Source of the DNA: a virus
Lineage: Duplodnaviria; Caudoviricetes
DNA length: 50,072 nucleotides
Strand: one strand, 5' to 3'
IMG/VR virus record: IMGVR_UViG_3300030099_000111
Location: 1-50,072 of that record
Positions within the stretch are counted from its first letter, which is position 1, and each line of letters opens with the position of its first letter. Positions 14,999 to 22,845 of the stretch are shown in pieces. A model generated the notes under the pieces. The model was not told the origin of the DNA, did no database searches, and was given only the letters and a program-made list of their open reading frames with translations. A program made the position numbers and the translations under genes.

Positions 14999-15217
14999 AT
15001 GTTTGTAATATTCGCCACTAAGCCACTTAATGATGGTACTAAAGGTTTTCGCTTCAACTTCTTAGGCTACAAAGGTTTGACACGTAAGCGTAAGCATGAC
15101 AGCAGAGGCTACAAGATCAACACCGGTGGTTGCATGACAGCCATACACTTAGGCAAACGCACAGTGTACTTAGAGCATAGCTCTACACCACGCAAGTTGC
15201 GACACTTTGCAGGGTAA
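14999..15217 (+). CDS. Small basic early protein
   Basis: AAGGAG RBS, 72 aa. Confidence 0.75.
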   Translation: MFVIFATKPLNDGTKGFRFNFLGYKGLTRKRKHDSRGYKINTGGCMTAIHLGKRTVYLEHSSTPRKLRHFAG

Positions 15218-15231
15218 AAAAGGATAATCTC

Positions 15232-15423
15232 ATGCAACTAAGAGAGCTAACACAAGCCCTATCTAATGGTGATGATGTACGTTGGAGTAACGATGGTTAT
15301 CATGTACAGTGGGAAACTCTACCAAATGGTGCTGCAATCTGTATAAGATATACAGCCAATGGTTTTGGTGGGGCAATGGCTAACAGTGAAATAAAAGACT
15401 GTTATATAAAGGAAAGCGCATGA
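15232..15423 (+). CDS. Small early protein
   Basis: AAGGA RBS, 63 aa. Confidence 0.7.
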   Translation: MQLRELTQALSNGDDVRWSNDGYHVQWETLPNGAAICIRYTANGFGGAMANSEIKDCYIKESA

Positions 15424-15566
15424 CTAGATATTACATAGCAACGGTGTCCAGTGATGGACGCCACGCTAACCAACGATGGCTAACAAATATAGATGACTTG
15501 ACTGATGTTATGATACAGTACGTCAATGAAGGATACAGAGTAACTATAGAAGAGGAGATACACTAA
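15420..15566 (+). CDS. 48-aa early protein (not in ORF track)
   Basis: MTRYYIATVSSDGRH...; ATGA and TAATG coupling to both neighbours. Confidence 0.65.
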   Translation: MTRYYIATVSSDGRHANQRWLTNIDDLTDVMIQYVNEGYRVTIEEEIH

Positions 15567-15781
15567 TGGCATACAAAAATGAAATATCAGCATACAACGC
15601 AAACTATGGTGGTTTACGTGGTGCAAAGATACTAGAGTTTTACATGGAGCAATGCGACTATGACCCCGATCATTACTGGCCTACGTTTAGGATGCAAAAA
15701 GGTAATGACGTATTTAAGTTTATATTATCGCAAGACCCGGAAGGTAATGGCAGTGGGTTTGCTTTCATAGAGGATGTATAA
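15566..15781 (+). CDS. Small early protein
   Basis: GAGGAG RBS; SQDPEGNGSGF motif. Confidence 0.75.
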   Translation: MAYKNEISAYNANYGGLRGAKILEFYMEQCDYDPDHYWPTFRMQKGNDVFKFILSQDPEGNGSGFAFIEDV

Positions 15782-15783
15782 AG

Positions 15784-16914
15784 ATGAACGTACTAAGTTT
15801 ATTTGATGGTATGTCTTGTGGACAGATTGCCTTAGACAAACTAGGCATACCAGTTAACAAATACTTTGCGGCAGAGATTGACAAGTATGCAATCCAGGTT
15901 GCCAAGAAAAACTATCCTGACATGATCCACTTAGGTGATGTCAAAGAGATAGACCCTAATGAGTTACCGAAAATCGATTTGCTCATTGGCGGTTCACCTT
16001 GTCAAGGATTTTCGTTTGCAGGAAAGCAACTCAACTTTTCTGATCCACGATCACAGTTATTCTTTGAATACGTGCGACTACTCAAAGCACTCAAGCCAAA
16101 GTATTTTTTGATGGAGAACGTTAAGATGAAGAAGGAGAGCATGGATATCATTACTGAGTATCTTGGTGTAGAACCTGTGGAGATAAACAGCAATCTTGTC
16201 TCAGCTCAGAACAGGCGTAGACTTTACTGGACAAACATACCAGTAGACGGATTGCCAGAAGATAAAGGTACAGTTTTAGCTGATATCTTAGAAGATGGAT
16301 TCACAGATCGTGACAAGTCCTACTGCTTGGATGCTAGTTACTACAAGGGTGGTGGTGCATCTAATGTACGGCTGTACTTTGAAAAGAGTAGACGACAGAT
16401 TGTATTCGGATCAGGTGACAACAGACTAGATGTAACAGGTGCAAGGATTGTTAACCGTAGGCTAAACAAGGACGGTAAACGTAAAGACAATGACAAGAGT
16501 ATTAAGCCACAGGCTAGGTTAGAACTACGCAAGGATAACAAAGCAGGTTGCCTTACAACAGTACAGAAAGATTCTGTTGTTGCAAAAACAAACTCAAGTG
16601 GAATGAACATCGTAGGTGAGGCCAACATCAAAGGCAGAGAATCTATACGCAGAGTGTACGGCACAGACGGTAAAGCACCAACATTATTAGCTACTACTGG
16701 TGGTAACACACAACCTAAGATAGCACAGCCTATGACACTTGACGAGGGTACAACATGGCGTAAACTCACTGTGACAGAATGTGAGAGACTACAAACTGTA
16801 CCTGATGGGTATACCTGCGGCGTATCAAACACACAACGCTACAAGATGCTAGGCAACGGATGGACAGTAGATGTAATCAAACATATCTTTGAAGGACTAA
16901 AGGAGACAGCATAA
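15784..16914 (+). CDS. DNA (cytosine-5) methyltransferase
   Basis: Motif I LFDGMSCG, catalytic GGSPCQ, ENV, QNRRR, ECERLQ, LGNGW. Confidence 0.95.
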   Translation: MNVLSLFDGMSCGQIALDKLGIPVNKYFAAEIDKYAIQVAKKNYPDMIHLGDVKEIDPNELPKIDLLIGGSPCQGFSFAGKQLNFSDPRSQLFFEYVRLLKALKPKYFLMENVKMKKESMDIITEYLGVEPVEINSNLVSAQNRRRLYWTNIPVDGLPEDKGTVLADILEDGFTDRDKSYCLDASYYKGGGASNVRLYFEKSRRQIVFGSGDNRLDVTGARIVNRRLNKDGKRKDNDKSIKPQARLELRKDNKAGCLTTVQKDSVVAKTNSSGMNIVGEANIKGRESIRRVYGTDGKAPTLLATTGGNTQPKIAQPMTLDEGTTWRKLTVTECERLQTVPDGYTCGVSNTQRYKMLGNGWTVDVIKHIFEGLKETA

Positions 16915-17087
16915 TGAAACTATTTGAGTGTAAGTTAGAAGTGGGTACACTTTATCCAGTTCGTGAAGCAGAAAATGTAGAACAATTTATTGAAGATTTA
17001 ATTGAAGAATATAATGATCAGTGCTTTGGTTTATTTGATATAGATAAGAGTATGATTAAAGATGCAATTTTATCATCGGAAACATAG
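16914..17087 (+). CDS. 57-aa acidic protein (not in ORF track)
   Basis: MKLFECKLEVG...; AAGGAG RBS, TAATG coupling. Confidence 0.65.
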   Translation: MKLFECKLEVGTLYPVREAENVEQFIEDLIEEYNDQCFGLFDIDKSMIKDAILSSET

Positions 17088-17100
17088 TGGAGGAAGTGTA

Positions 17101-17319
17101 ATGAAAATAATAGTACAAGCAGAACAAAAACTATACATGGATGTAGAAGTAGAAGTGCCAGATGAACTAATAAAATATATTGATAAAGTTCCTAACATGA
17201 CTAATGCTAATATATCTGATTGGATAAATCAAAACTATTGGAACTTTGAATGGTCAGAGTACGACAGTAGTTTAGATTGGACTGAGTGGGAAGAAGTAAC
17301 AGAGAAGGAGACAGCATGA
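17101..17319 (+). CDS. Small acidic protein
   Basis: ATG at 17101 after GGAGG. Confidence 0.7.
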   Translation: MKIIVQAEQKLYMDVEVEVPDELIKYIDKVPNMTNANISDWINQNYWNFEWSEYDSSLDWTEWEEVTEKETA

Positions 17320-17666
17320 TGCAACTAACACTAACAATAAACACCAACGCATACCCTGAGTATGACAAGCATCAACTCAATGAGATGCTAGGATTACTCC
17401 CACTATGGGTAGCTGAACACGTAGGCAATGACGATGGCACAGACTTGGTGCAGTTTATGGAAGATCGCTACGGCTTTGGCAGACTGTACGAGTTTGGCGG
17501 TAAGATAAACGAAAATGGTGACTACGTATCTGACTACGATGATGATGCAGATTTGCCATACATTGGTAAAATGATTACTAAGCATGGCTATGCATACTTC
17601 TATACTTATGCTATCATTGCATTACCACAGCCAGACGGTAAACACTTTATAACAAGGATGGACTAA
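17316..17666 (+). CDS. Hypothetical early protein
   Basis: Start MMQLTL after AAGGAG; ends HFITRMD. Confidence 0.75.
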   Translation: MMQLTLTINTNAYPEYDKHQLNEMLGLLPLWVAEHVGNDDGTDLVQFMEDRYGFGRLYEFGGKINENGDYVSDYDDDADLPYIGKMITKHGYAYFYTYAIIALPQPDGKHFITRMD

Positions 17667-17839
17667 TGGTTTACATACTAATATGGATGCAACTCTTCAC
17701 AGGACAGACAGTGGAGCATTACCAACTAGGCACGTATGCTACACTGGAGGAGTGTCAAATCGAGATGAGCACAGCAGCCAAGATGGTGACACACAAAGCG
17801 GAGACTGTAGCTTGCCTGGAGGTGGAGGTACAAAGGTAA
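17666..17839 (+). CDS. 57-aa protein with hydrophobic N-terminus and two Cys (not in ORF track)
   Basis: MVYILIWMQLFTGQTVEHYQLGTYATLEECQIEMSTAAKMVTHKAETVACLEVEVQR; TAATG coupling on both sides. Confidence 0.7.
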   Translation: MVYILIWMQLFTGQTVEHYQLGTYATLEECQIEMSTAAKMVTHKAETVACLEVEVQR

Positions 17840-18024
17840 TGTACTTCACACACTACAAAACTAAATACATCCTGTACGATGATATGGGGCGTGTTATAAT
17901 ATCAACTAGAGACAAAAATATTATTAGAAAAACAGCAGAGAGGATCAAGAATGACACCAGAAGAGAGAGCACTGAAGTTCCAAAGAGAGCAAGAAGAAAG
18001 AAAAGCAAGGATAGCAAAAGCTAA
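17839..18024 (+). CDS. Small basic protein
   Basis: Start MYFTHYK after GGAGGT; it is the C-terminal part of the tracked ORF 17683..18024. Confidence 0.6.
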   Translation: MYFTHYKTKYILYDDMGRVIISTRDKNIIRKTAERIKNDTRRESTEVPKRARRKKSKDSKS

Positions 18025-18229
18025 AAAAGGTATGCTTGATAGTCAGATAAAAGCTATAGAAAACTATCACAACAATATGCGTCACATACTCAGCGATGTA
18101 GAAGAGATGAATGACTTGTGGCTATCTCAGATTAGAGATATGAGTAAGGCTTGGTACGAGATAGGCAGAGAGTTTGATCTAGACAACAGTTCATTTTGGG
18201 AATGGCAGAATAAACAAGATGGACAATAG
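17951..18229 (+). CDS. Hypothetical helical protein
   Basis: GAGGA RBS, 92 aa. Confidence 0.7.
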   Translation: MTPEERALKFQREQEERKARIAKAKKGMLDSQIKAIENYHNNMRHILSDVEEMNDLWLSQIRDMSKAWYEIGREFDLDNSSFWEWQNKQDGQ

Positions 18230-18416
18230 TGTAAGACAGGAGGCACAAGCCCAAGCAGAGCAAGCGTATGATTTGTTTATACTGTGGAGTAAACGCACAG
18301 TGTATGCTATCATTGCTACTCTGCTACTGCTGGCAAGCTGCGACTTTGGCACAGACAAGGAGACAGGCAGTCAGTACAACGGTGCAGTGTATGCACCACG
18401 TAACATAGGAGAGTAA
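18219..18416 (+). CDS. Small membrane protein (possible lipobox LASC)
   Basis: Hydrophobic AIIATLLLLASC segment. Confidence 0.65.
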   Translation: MDNSVRQEAQAQAEQAYDLFILWSKRTVYAIIATLLLLASCDFGTDKETGSQYNGAVYAPRNIGE

Positions 18417-18418
18417 CA

Positions 18419-18550
18419 ATGTCAGAAGTAGACAGTTTATTGAGGAGAATACAAGCAGCAGAAGATAAGATAGAAGCTATTCAAGATAGAATAGATAGAT
18501 TAGAGAAACACATGAAAGAGCTAAGACTAAAGGTGGAGAATAAGAAATGA
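18419..18550 (+). CDS. 43-aa coiled-coil peptide (not in ORF track)
   Basis: MSEVDSLLRRIQAAEDKIEAIQDRIDRLEK...; AGGAG RBS. Confidence 0.65.
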   Translation: MSEVDSLLRRIQAAEDKIEAIQDRIDRLEKHMKELRLKVENKK

Positions 18551-18642
18551 TACCTACGACACTTAGAGAATACATATGGTTCATGCATCACTACGACATA
18601 GTATGGACACCAAGCAATGAAGAAGAGGAGCCACCGTTTTAA
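18547..18642 (+). CDS. 31-aa peptide ending EEEEPPF (not in ORF track)
   Basis: MIPTTLREYIWFMHHYDIVWTPSNEEEEPPF; GGAG RBS, ATGA/TAATG coupling. Confidence 0.6.
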   Translation: MIPTTLREYIWFMHHYDIVWTPSNEEEEPPF

Positions 18643-18758
18643 TGCAACCAGGAACACAGATTATTATACCATTCGTACTAGCCTACATTGGAGGCTTCAT
18701 ATATTTTTTAGTAAAAGGCTATCGTAATGCTGATGACAAAAGAAAAAAAGATATTTAA
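18642..18758 (+). CDS. 38-aa single-pass membrane peptide (not in ORF track)
   Basis: MQPGTQIIIPFVLAYIGGFIYFLVKGYRNADDKRKKDI; GAGGAG RBS. Confidence 0.6.
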   Translation: MQPGTQIIIPFVLAYIGGFIYFLVKGYRNADDKRKKDI

Positions 18759-19647
18759 GAAAAACAAAAGCTACAGAATAGAGGAGATCATAGGTTACTA
18801 CATAAAGTCAGATGCATTTTGCAAGCTAGGATCTGCATCACAGAAAGATTATCACGACTGCTTAATGGTTATTGATGGTGACATAGGTGGTATAAACATA
18901 CGCAGACTAGACGTACAAAACATGCAATCGCTGTATAATTTATGGCTAGGTAGAGGTATCTACAGAGCTAACAAGATAGCTGCGATCATGTCTATACTTA
19001 TCAACTGGGCTAAGAAGAATGGCATTAGTATGGAGAACCCTATGCCACTGCTTGATAAGACACCCAACCCACCACGCAAAGTAATGTGGGAGCCAGAGCA
19101 AGTAAACCAGTTCTTACACACAGCATACAGCGAGTGGAAGTGGCGTAGCATTGGCTTGATTGTGCAGATGGCTTACGAGTGGGGGCAGCGAGTAGGTGAC
19201 ATGCGTATGCTTACGTGGGCAGCTATCAACTTTGACAAGAAGCGTTGCGACTTAGAGCAGAGCAAGCGTGGAGCAGAGGTGCATCTACCTATCAGTGATC
19301 CATTGATGCATGTGCTCAAGCAACAACACGAAACGTTTGGCTTTCAGTGTTTAGTGACACCACAGGTTTACCCTAGTGACGGTGCATACAAACCCTACAG
19401 CAAAGAGATGCTACACGTTTATGTCAATGCAATACTAGAAGCTGCTGGACTACCTCGACACCTCACAGCTATGGACATGAGGCGTACAGCTATCACTGAG
19501 ATGGTAGAGGCTGGTGTAGATATAACACAGATCAAACAAGTAAGTGGACACACTAACATAAATAGCTTGACTCCTTATATCAAACACACGTACACCGGTG
19601 CATCAGAAGCATTAGCCCAGCGCCAAGCATTCAAGGATAAGAAATAA
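18727..19647 (+). CDS. Tyrosine recombinase / integrase
   Basis: GQRVGD (Arg I), QSK, DMRRT (Arg II), SGHT, catalytic Tyr in TPY. Confidence 0.9.
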   Translation: MLMTKEKKIFKKNKSYRIEEIIGYYIKSDAFCKLGSASQKDYHDCLMVIDGDIGGINIRRLDVQNMQSLYNLWLGRGIYRANKIAAIMSILINWAKKNGISMENPMPLLDKTPNPPRKVMWEPEQVNQFLHTAYSEWKWRSIGLIVQMAYEWGQRVGDMRMLTWAAINFDKKRCDLEQSKRGAEVHLPISDPLMHVLKQQHETFGFQCLVTPQVYPSDGAYKPYSKEMLHVYVNAILEAAGLPRHLTAMDMRRTAITEMVEAGVDITQIKQVSGHTNINSLTPYIKHTYTGASEALAQRQAFKDKK

Positions 19648-20540
19648 TGTTTATAGATATCAATAGTTTAGACATATCTGAGGGTCAAACTATCAGACAG
19701 GACTGCCCTAGATGTAAAGGTAAGAATACTTTCACTGCTACAAAACGTAATGGCTGCATTGCTTACAACTGCTATAAGGTATCGTGTGATGTAGGAGGCT
19801 ACACTAATACAGGCATAGCAAAGGATGAACTAGAGCACTATCTAGTAACACCTCTGATCGAAACAGGTAATATAAACAAGAGGTTAGAGCACTTTGTTTA
19901 TCCAGAACATATAACAACTGACGTAAGTAACAAATATGTAAATAGATTTCGTATGCGCTGGGTAGGCGAGTACGCAAATCCCTTAGAAAACATAGACTTA
20001 CTGTACGATCTTAAAGATAAACGTGCAGTGTTTCCTATCTATAATGATGGACTTATAGTAGATGCAATAGGGAGAGCACTGGACGGTAAGCAGCCCAAGT
20101 GGTTACGCTACGGTGGTGCAGCAGAGTATGCCAAGTATTGCTATGGTGAACCTAACGGTATCTACATTGTTGTAGAGGATGTAATTAGTGCAGTAACTGT
20201 CGCAAAGATATACCCAAATGTCACAGGTTTTGCTTTATTAGGTACAAGCCTGACCGATGCACACAAAGAATGCTTGAGTGATAACGCTAACTATGTTATG
20301 GTTGCACTTGATCCAGACGCACTAAGAAAAACTTTGGTCATGCGTAAGGAGATAGAAGCGTGGTGTGATATACCTACAAGAGCAATAAGATTGCGTGATG
20401 ATGTAAAGTATCAAGACCCAGAAGATATAGAACAGATAGGAGAATGGATACATGTTGCAGAAAAGTCACACAAACAAACAAAATCCAATGGCGAAGGAGG
20501 TAAGACAATCAAAGTACAGACAACAAGTAGTACCCGATAA
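19647..20540 (+). CDS. DNA primase (Zn finger + TOPRIM)
   Basis: CPRC...CYKVSC, GRAL..PKWLRY, VVEDVISA, ALLGT, ALDPDA. Confidence 0.9.
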   Translation: MFIDINSLDISEGQTIRQDCPRCKGKNTFTATKRNGCIAYNCYKVSCDVGGYTNTGIAKDELEHYLVTPLIETGNINKRLEHFVYPEHITTDVSNKYVNRFRMRWVGEYANPLENIDLLYDLKDKRAVFPIYNDGLIVDAIGRALDGKQPKWLRYGGAAEYAKYCYGEPNGIYIVVEDVISAVTVAKIYPNVTGFALLGTSLTDAHKECLSDNANYVMVALDPDALRKTLVMRKEIEAWCDIPTRAIRLRDDVKYQDPEDIEQIGEWIHVAEKSHKQTKSNGEGGKTIKVQTTSSTR

Positions 20541-20607
20541 GAAGAAATCTAGACCCCAACGTAAAGACAAACATAAAGGAGCAAGACATGATGTCTCAGG
20601 AGATTAA
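20452..20607 (+). CDS. 51-aa ArfA-like basic peptide (not in ORF track)
   Basis: MLQKSHTNKQNPMAKEVRQSKYRQQVVPDKKKSRPQRKDKHKGARHDVSGD; AGGAG RBS. Confidence 0.6.
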   Translation: MLQKSHTNKQNPMAKEVRQSKYRQQVVPDKKKSRPQRKDKHKGARHDVSGD

Positions 20608-21112
20608 CCCAAGAACAGGTAAGCCATACTACTATCAAGAAGGTAACAGCGCAGAGATACAAAGGAAGAGAAACAAAAAAAGTAATCCCAATCGTATGTA
20701 TGTTGATGGTAAATATATTAAAGATTCACATCCTCTACACAAACCTGGTAAATATTCATCATTTGGTGATGCTGCATTTACTGCTTTACAAAAAGATAAA
20801 CAGGTAAAAGAAGGTTATGTCTACGTTATTACTAACCCAGCTTGGCCTGAGTGGGTCAAGATAGGTATGGCTATAGATGCAGAGGATAGACTTAACGGTT
20901 ATCAAACTAGTTCACCTATGCGTGACTACCAGTTAGTCCACGCTATAGCGACACCTGACAGAGCTAGAGCAGAACGTGTAGCTCACAAAGCTGCCGCCCT
21001 GTGTGGCGAGAGACAAGGTGAGTGGTTCAAGATAGCAAACGAAGAAGCTGTGACAATATTGCAACACATAAAGGAAACTGAAGATGGACAAAAAAGAGAG
21101 TCAACTAACTAA
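20588..21112 (+). CDS. GIY-YIG / T5orf172-like endonuclease domain protein
   Basis: GYVYVI...WVKIG...RLNGYQTSSP...E..H...GEWF. Confidence 0.85.
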   Translation: MMSQEINPRTGKPYYYQEGNSAEIQRKRNKKSNPNRMYVDGKYIKDSHPLHKPGKYSSFGDAAFTALQKDKQVKEGYVYVITNPAWPEWVKIGMAIDAEDRLNGYQTSSPMRDYQLVHAIATPDRARAERVAHKAAALCGERQGEWFKIANEEAVTILQHIKETEDGQKRESTN

Positions 21113-21314
21113 AGATATCTATCGTATGATAAGAACTCTCAGCGCAAAGACGCTATCTAAAACTCAACGCAGAAGTATTGAGGAAGACGTAGCGTACAAG
21201 CAAAAGAAACTACAAGATCATATGGGCGTAAAGACTTTTATACGCCCTATGAACAACATGGAACGTAAAGCTGCAGCAGAAAAAAGAAAAGCTAATAGCA
21301 ATGAGAAGATATAA
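21084..21314 (+). CDS. Hypothetical basic protein
   Basis: 76 aa, AAGGA RBS, coupled to neighbours. Confidence 0.65.
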   Translation: MDKKESQLTKDIYRMIRTLSAKTLSKTQRRSIEEDVAYKQKKLQDHMGVKTFIRPMNNMERKAAAEKRKANSNEKI

Positions 21315-21462
21315 AGAAGTAAAATGTGATATATGTGAAGAGTACTTCGACACAACTAAATACACATCATGCCCAAAAGAATCCTGTAAGTCAGTTCAGG
21401 ATGGTTGGGAAGATGAAACGTCAACACAAATACAACAGACAAGCAGAGGATTTAACAGGTGA
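21301..21462 (+). CDS. 53-aa zinc-ribbon peptide (not in ORF track)
   Basis: CDIC...CPKESC. Confidence 0.6.
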   Translation: MRRYKEVKCDICEEYFDTTKYTSCPKESCKSVQDGWEDETSTQIQQTSRGFNR

Positions 21463-21605
21463 GCGAACAATATTGTACAACTAAAGGTTTAGGCTGGGCA
21501 TTTTTAATCTGTGCTTTTTTTATAATAGGCGTACCTATACTGATGTGGTTGGCTGTAGAAGGATCAGATTGGTATGAGATATTTAAAATGATGAATCCCA
21601 TTTAA
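21459..21605 (+). CDS. 48-aa membrane peptide (not in ORF track)
   Basis: GTG start after GAGGA; LGWAFLICAFFIIGVPILMWLAV. Confidence 0.6.
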   Translation: MSEQYCTTKGLGWAFLICAFFIIGVPILMWLAVEGSDWYEIFKMMNPI

Positions 21606-21615
21606 GGAGAGTAGA

Positions 21616-22845
21616 ATGGAAAATGGAGAGTTAGCCTTACTTAGGACACTCATGGATAAGGAGTTCTATGACAGTAACAAAGGCATACACACGCCCGACA
21701 AACTGTTTACTAAAGATGTTCGTAAGGTAAAGAGAACTATAGACTACGCTATGAGTCAGTTCGATAAGGATCTAAACTTCTCAGAGTTAGAGGGGTTGTT
21801 CTTTACACGAGAGACACTGACCACAGCTAACAAAGAGTCTTACAAAAGATTGTTTGATAAGCTACGGCAAGAGAAACCCATGAATCAAGAGGTAGCTCAA
21901 GAAGTTATGTCTAACCTGTTCCAACAAGTAGTAGGTGAAGAGGTGGCTAACTTAGGCTTTGACTACGTGAATGGTGAGAAGAATACACTGGAGCCACTAC
22001 GTAACATAATCACAGACTATCAAGATAACTTCCTGCCCAACTTAAAAGTTGAGTGGGGTGATATATCTATCGACAATCTGTTGGTGGCTAATGAGATACA
22101 ATCTAAGTGGCAGTTTAACATACCGTCACTGCAGCGCAAGGTAGAGGGCATATCAGGTGGACATCTAGTTTTAGTGGGCGCTAGACCTAACACAGGCAAG
22201 ACATCCTTCCACGCATCTCTGATTGCCTCTGAGCGTGGTTTTGCTAGACAGGGTGCTAAATGTATCGTCTTGTGTAATGAAGAGGACTACACTCGTGTCG
22301 GTGCTAGATATCTCAGTGCTGCATCTAATATGCCTATGGAAGAGATCAAGGACAACTACGCTCTTGCATCCACAAGGTACAAGCCAGTGTACGACAACAT
22401 ACGAATAGTAGATAGCACTGGCAAGGACATGGTGTGGGTTGAGGCTGTAGTAAAGCATCACAATCCTGACATCGTAGTGCTAGATATGGGTGACAAGTTT
22501 GCTAACAAGACAGGTGCAGACTCCCACGTGTATCTCAAGGATGCAGCCATACACGCCAGAAACATAGCCAAGCAATACGAGTGTGCAGTTATCTGGATGT
22601 CTCAGCTATCAGCAGAAGCAGAGGGTAAGATATATGTAGATCAGTCTATGCTTGAGGGCAGTAAGACAGGTAAAGCTGCTGAGTGTGACTTGATGATACT
22701 AATATCTAAGAACCCACAAGTAGAGGGTGAGTATGAATCAGACACACAGCGACACTTGAACGTAGCAAAGAACAAACTAAAGGGTGGATGGCATGGGGTT
22801 GTCCACTGTCAGTTAGATGGAGAGAGAGCAAGGTACTCAGCATGA
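21616..22845 (+). CDS. DnaB-like (SF4) replicative helicase
   Basis: Walker A GARPNTGKT, VVLD, MSQLS, GSKTGK, KNK. Confidence 0.92.
   Translation: MENGELALLRTLMDKEFYDSNKGIHTPDKLFTKDVRKVKRTIDYAMSQFDKDLNFSELEGLFFTRETLTTANKESYKRLFDKLRQEKPMNQEVAQEVMSNLFQQVVGEEVANLGFDYVNGEKNTLEPLRNIITDYQDNFLPNLKVEWGDISIDNLLVANEIQSKWQFNIPSLQRKVEGISGGHLVLVGARPNTGKTSFHASLIASERGFARQGAKCIVLCNEEDYTRVGARYLSAASNMPMEEIKDNYALASTRYKPVYDNIRIVDSTGKDMVWVEAVVKHHNPDIVVLDMGDKFANKTGADSHVYLKDAAIHARNIAKQYECAVIWMSQLSAEAEGKIYVDQSMLEGSKTGKAAECDLMILISKNPQVEGEYESDTQRHLNVAKNKLKGGWHGVVHCQLDGERARYSA

Noticed and set aside
17683-17838. N-terminal half of tracked ORF 17683..18024
   Set aside because: Better explained by the coupled ORF 17666..17839 followed by a start at 17839.
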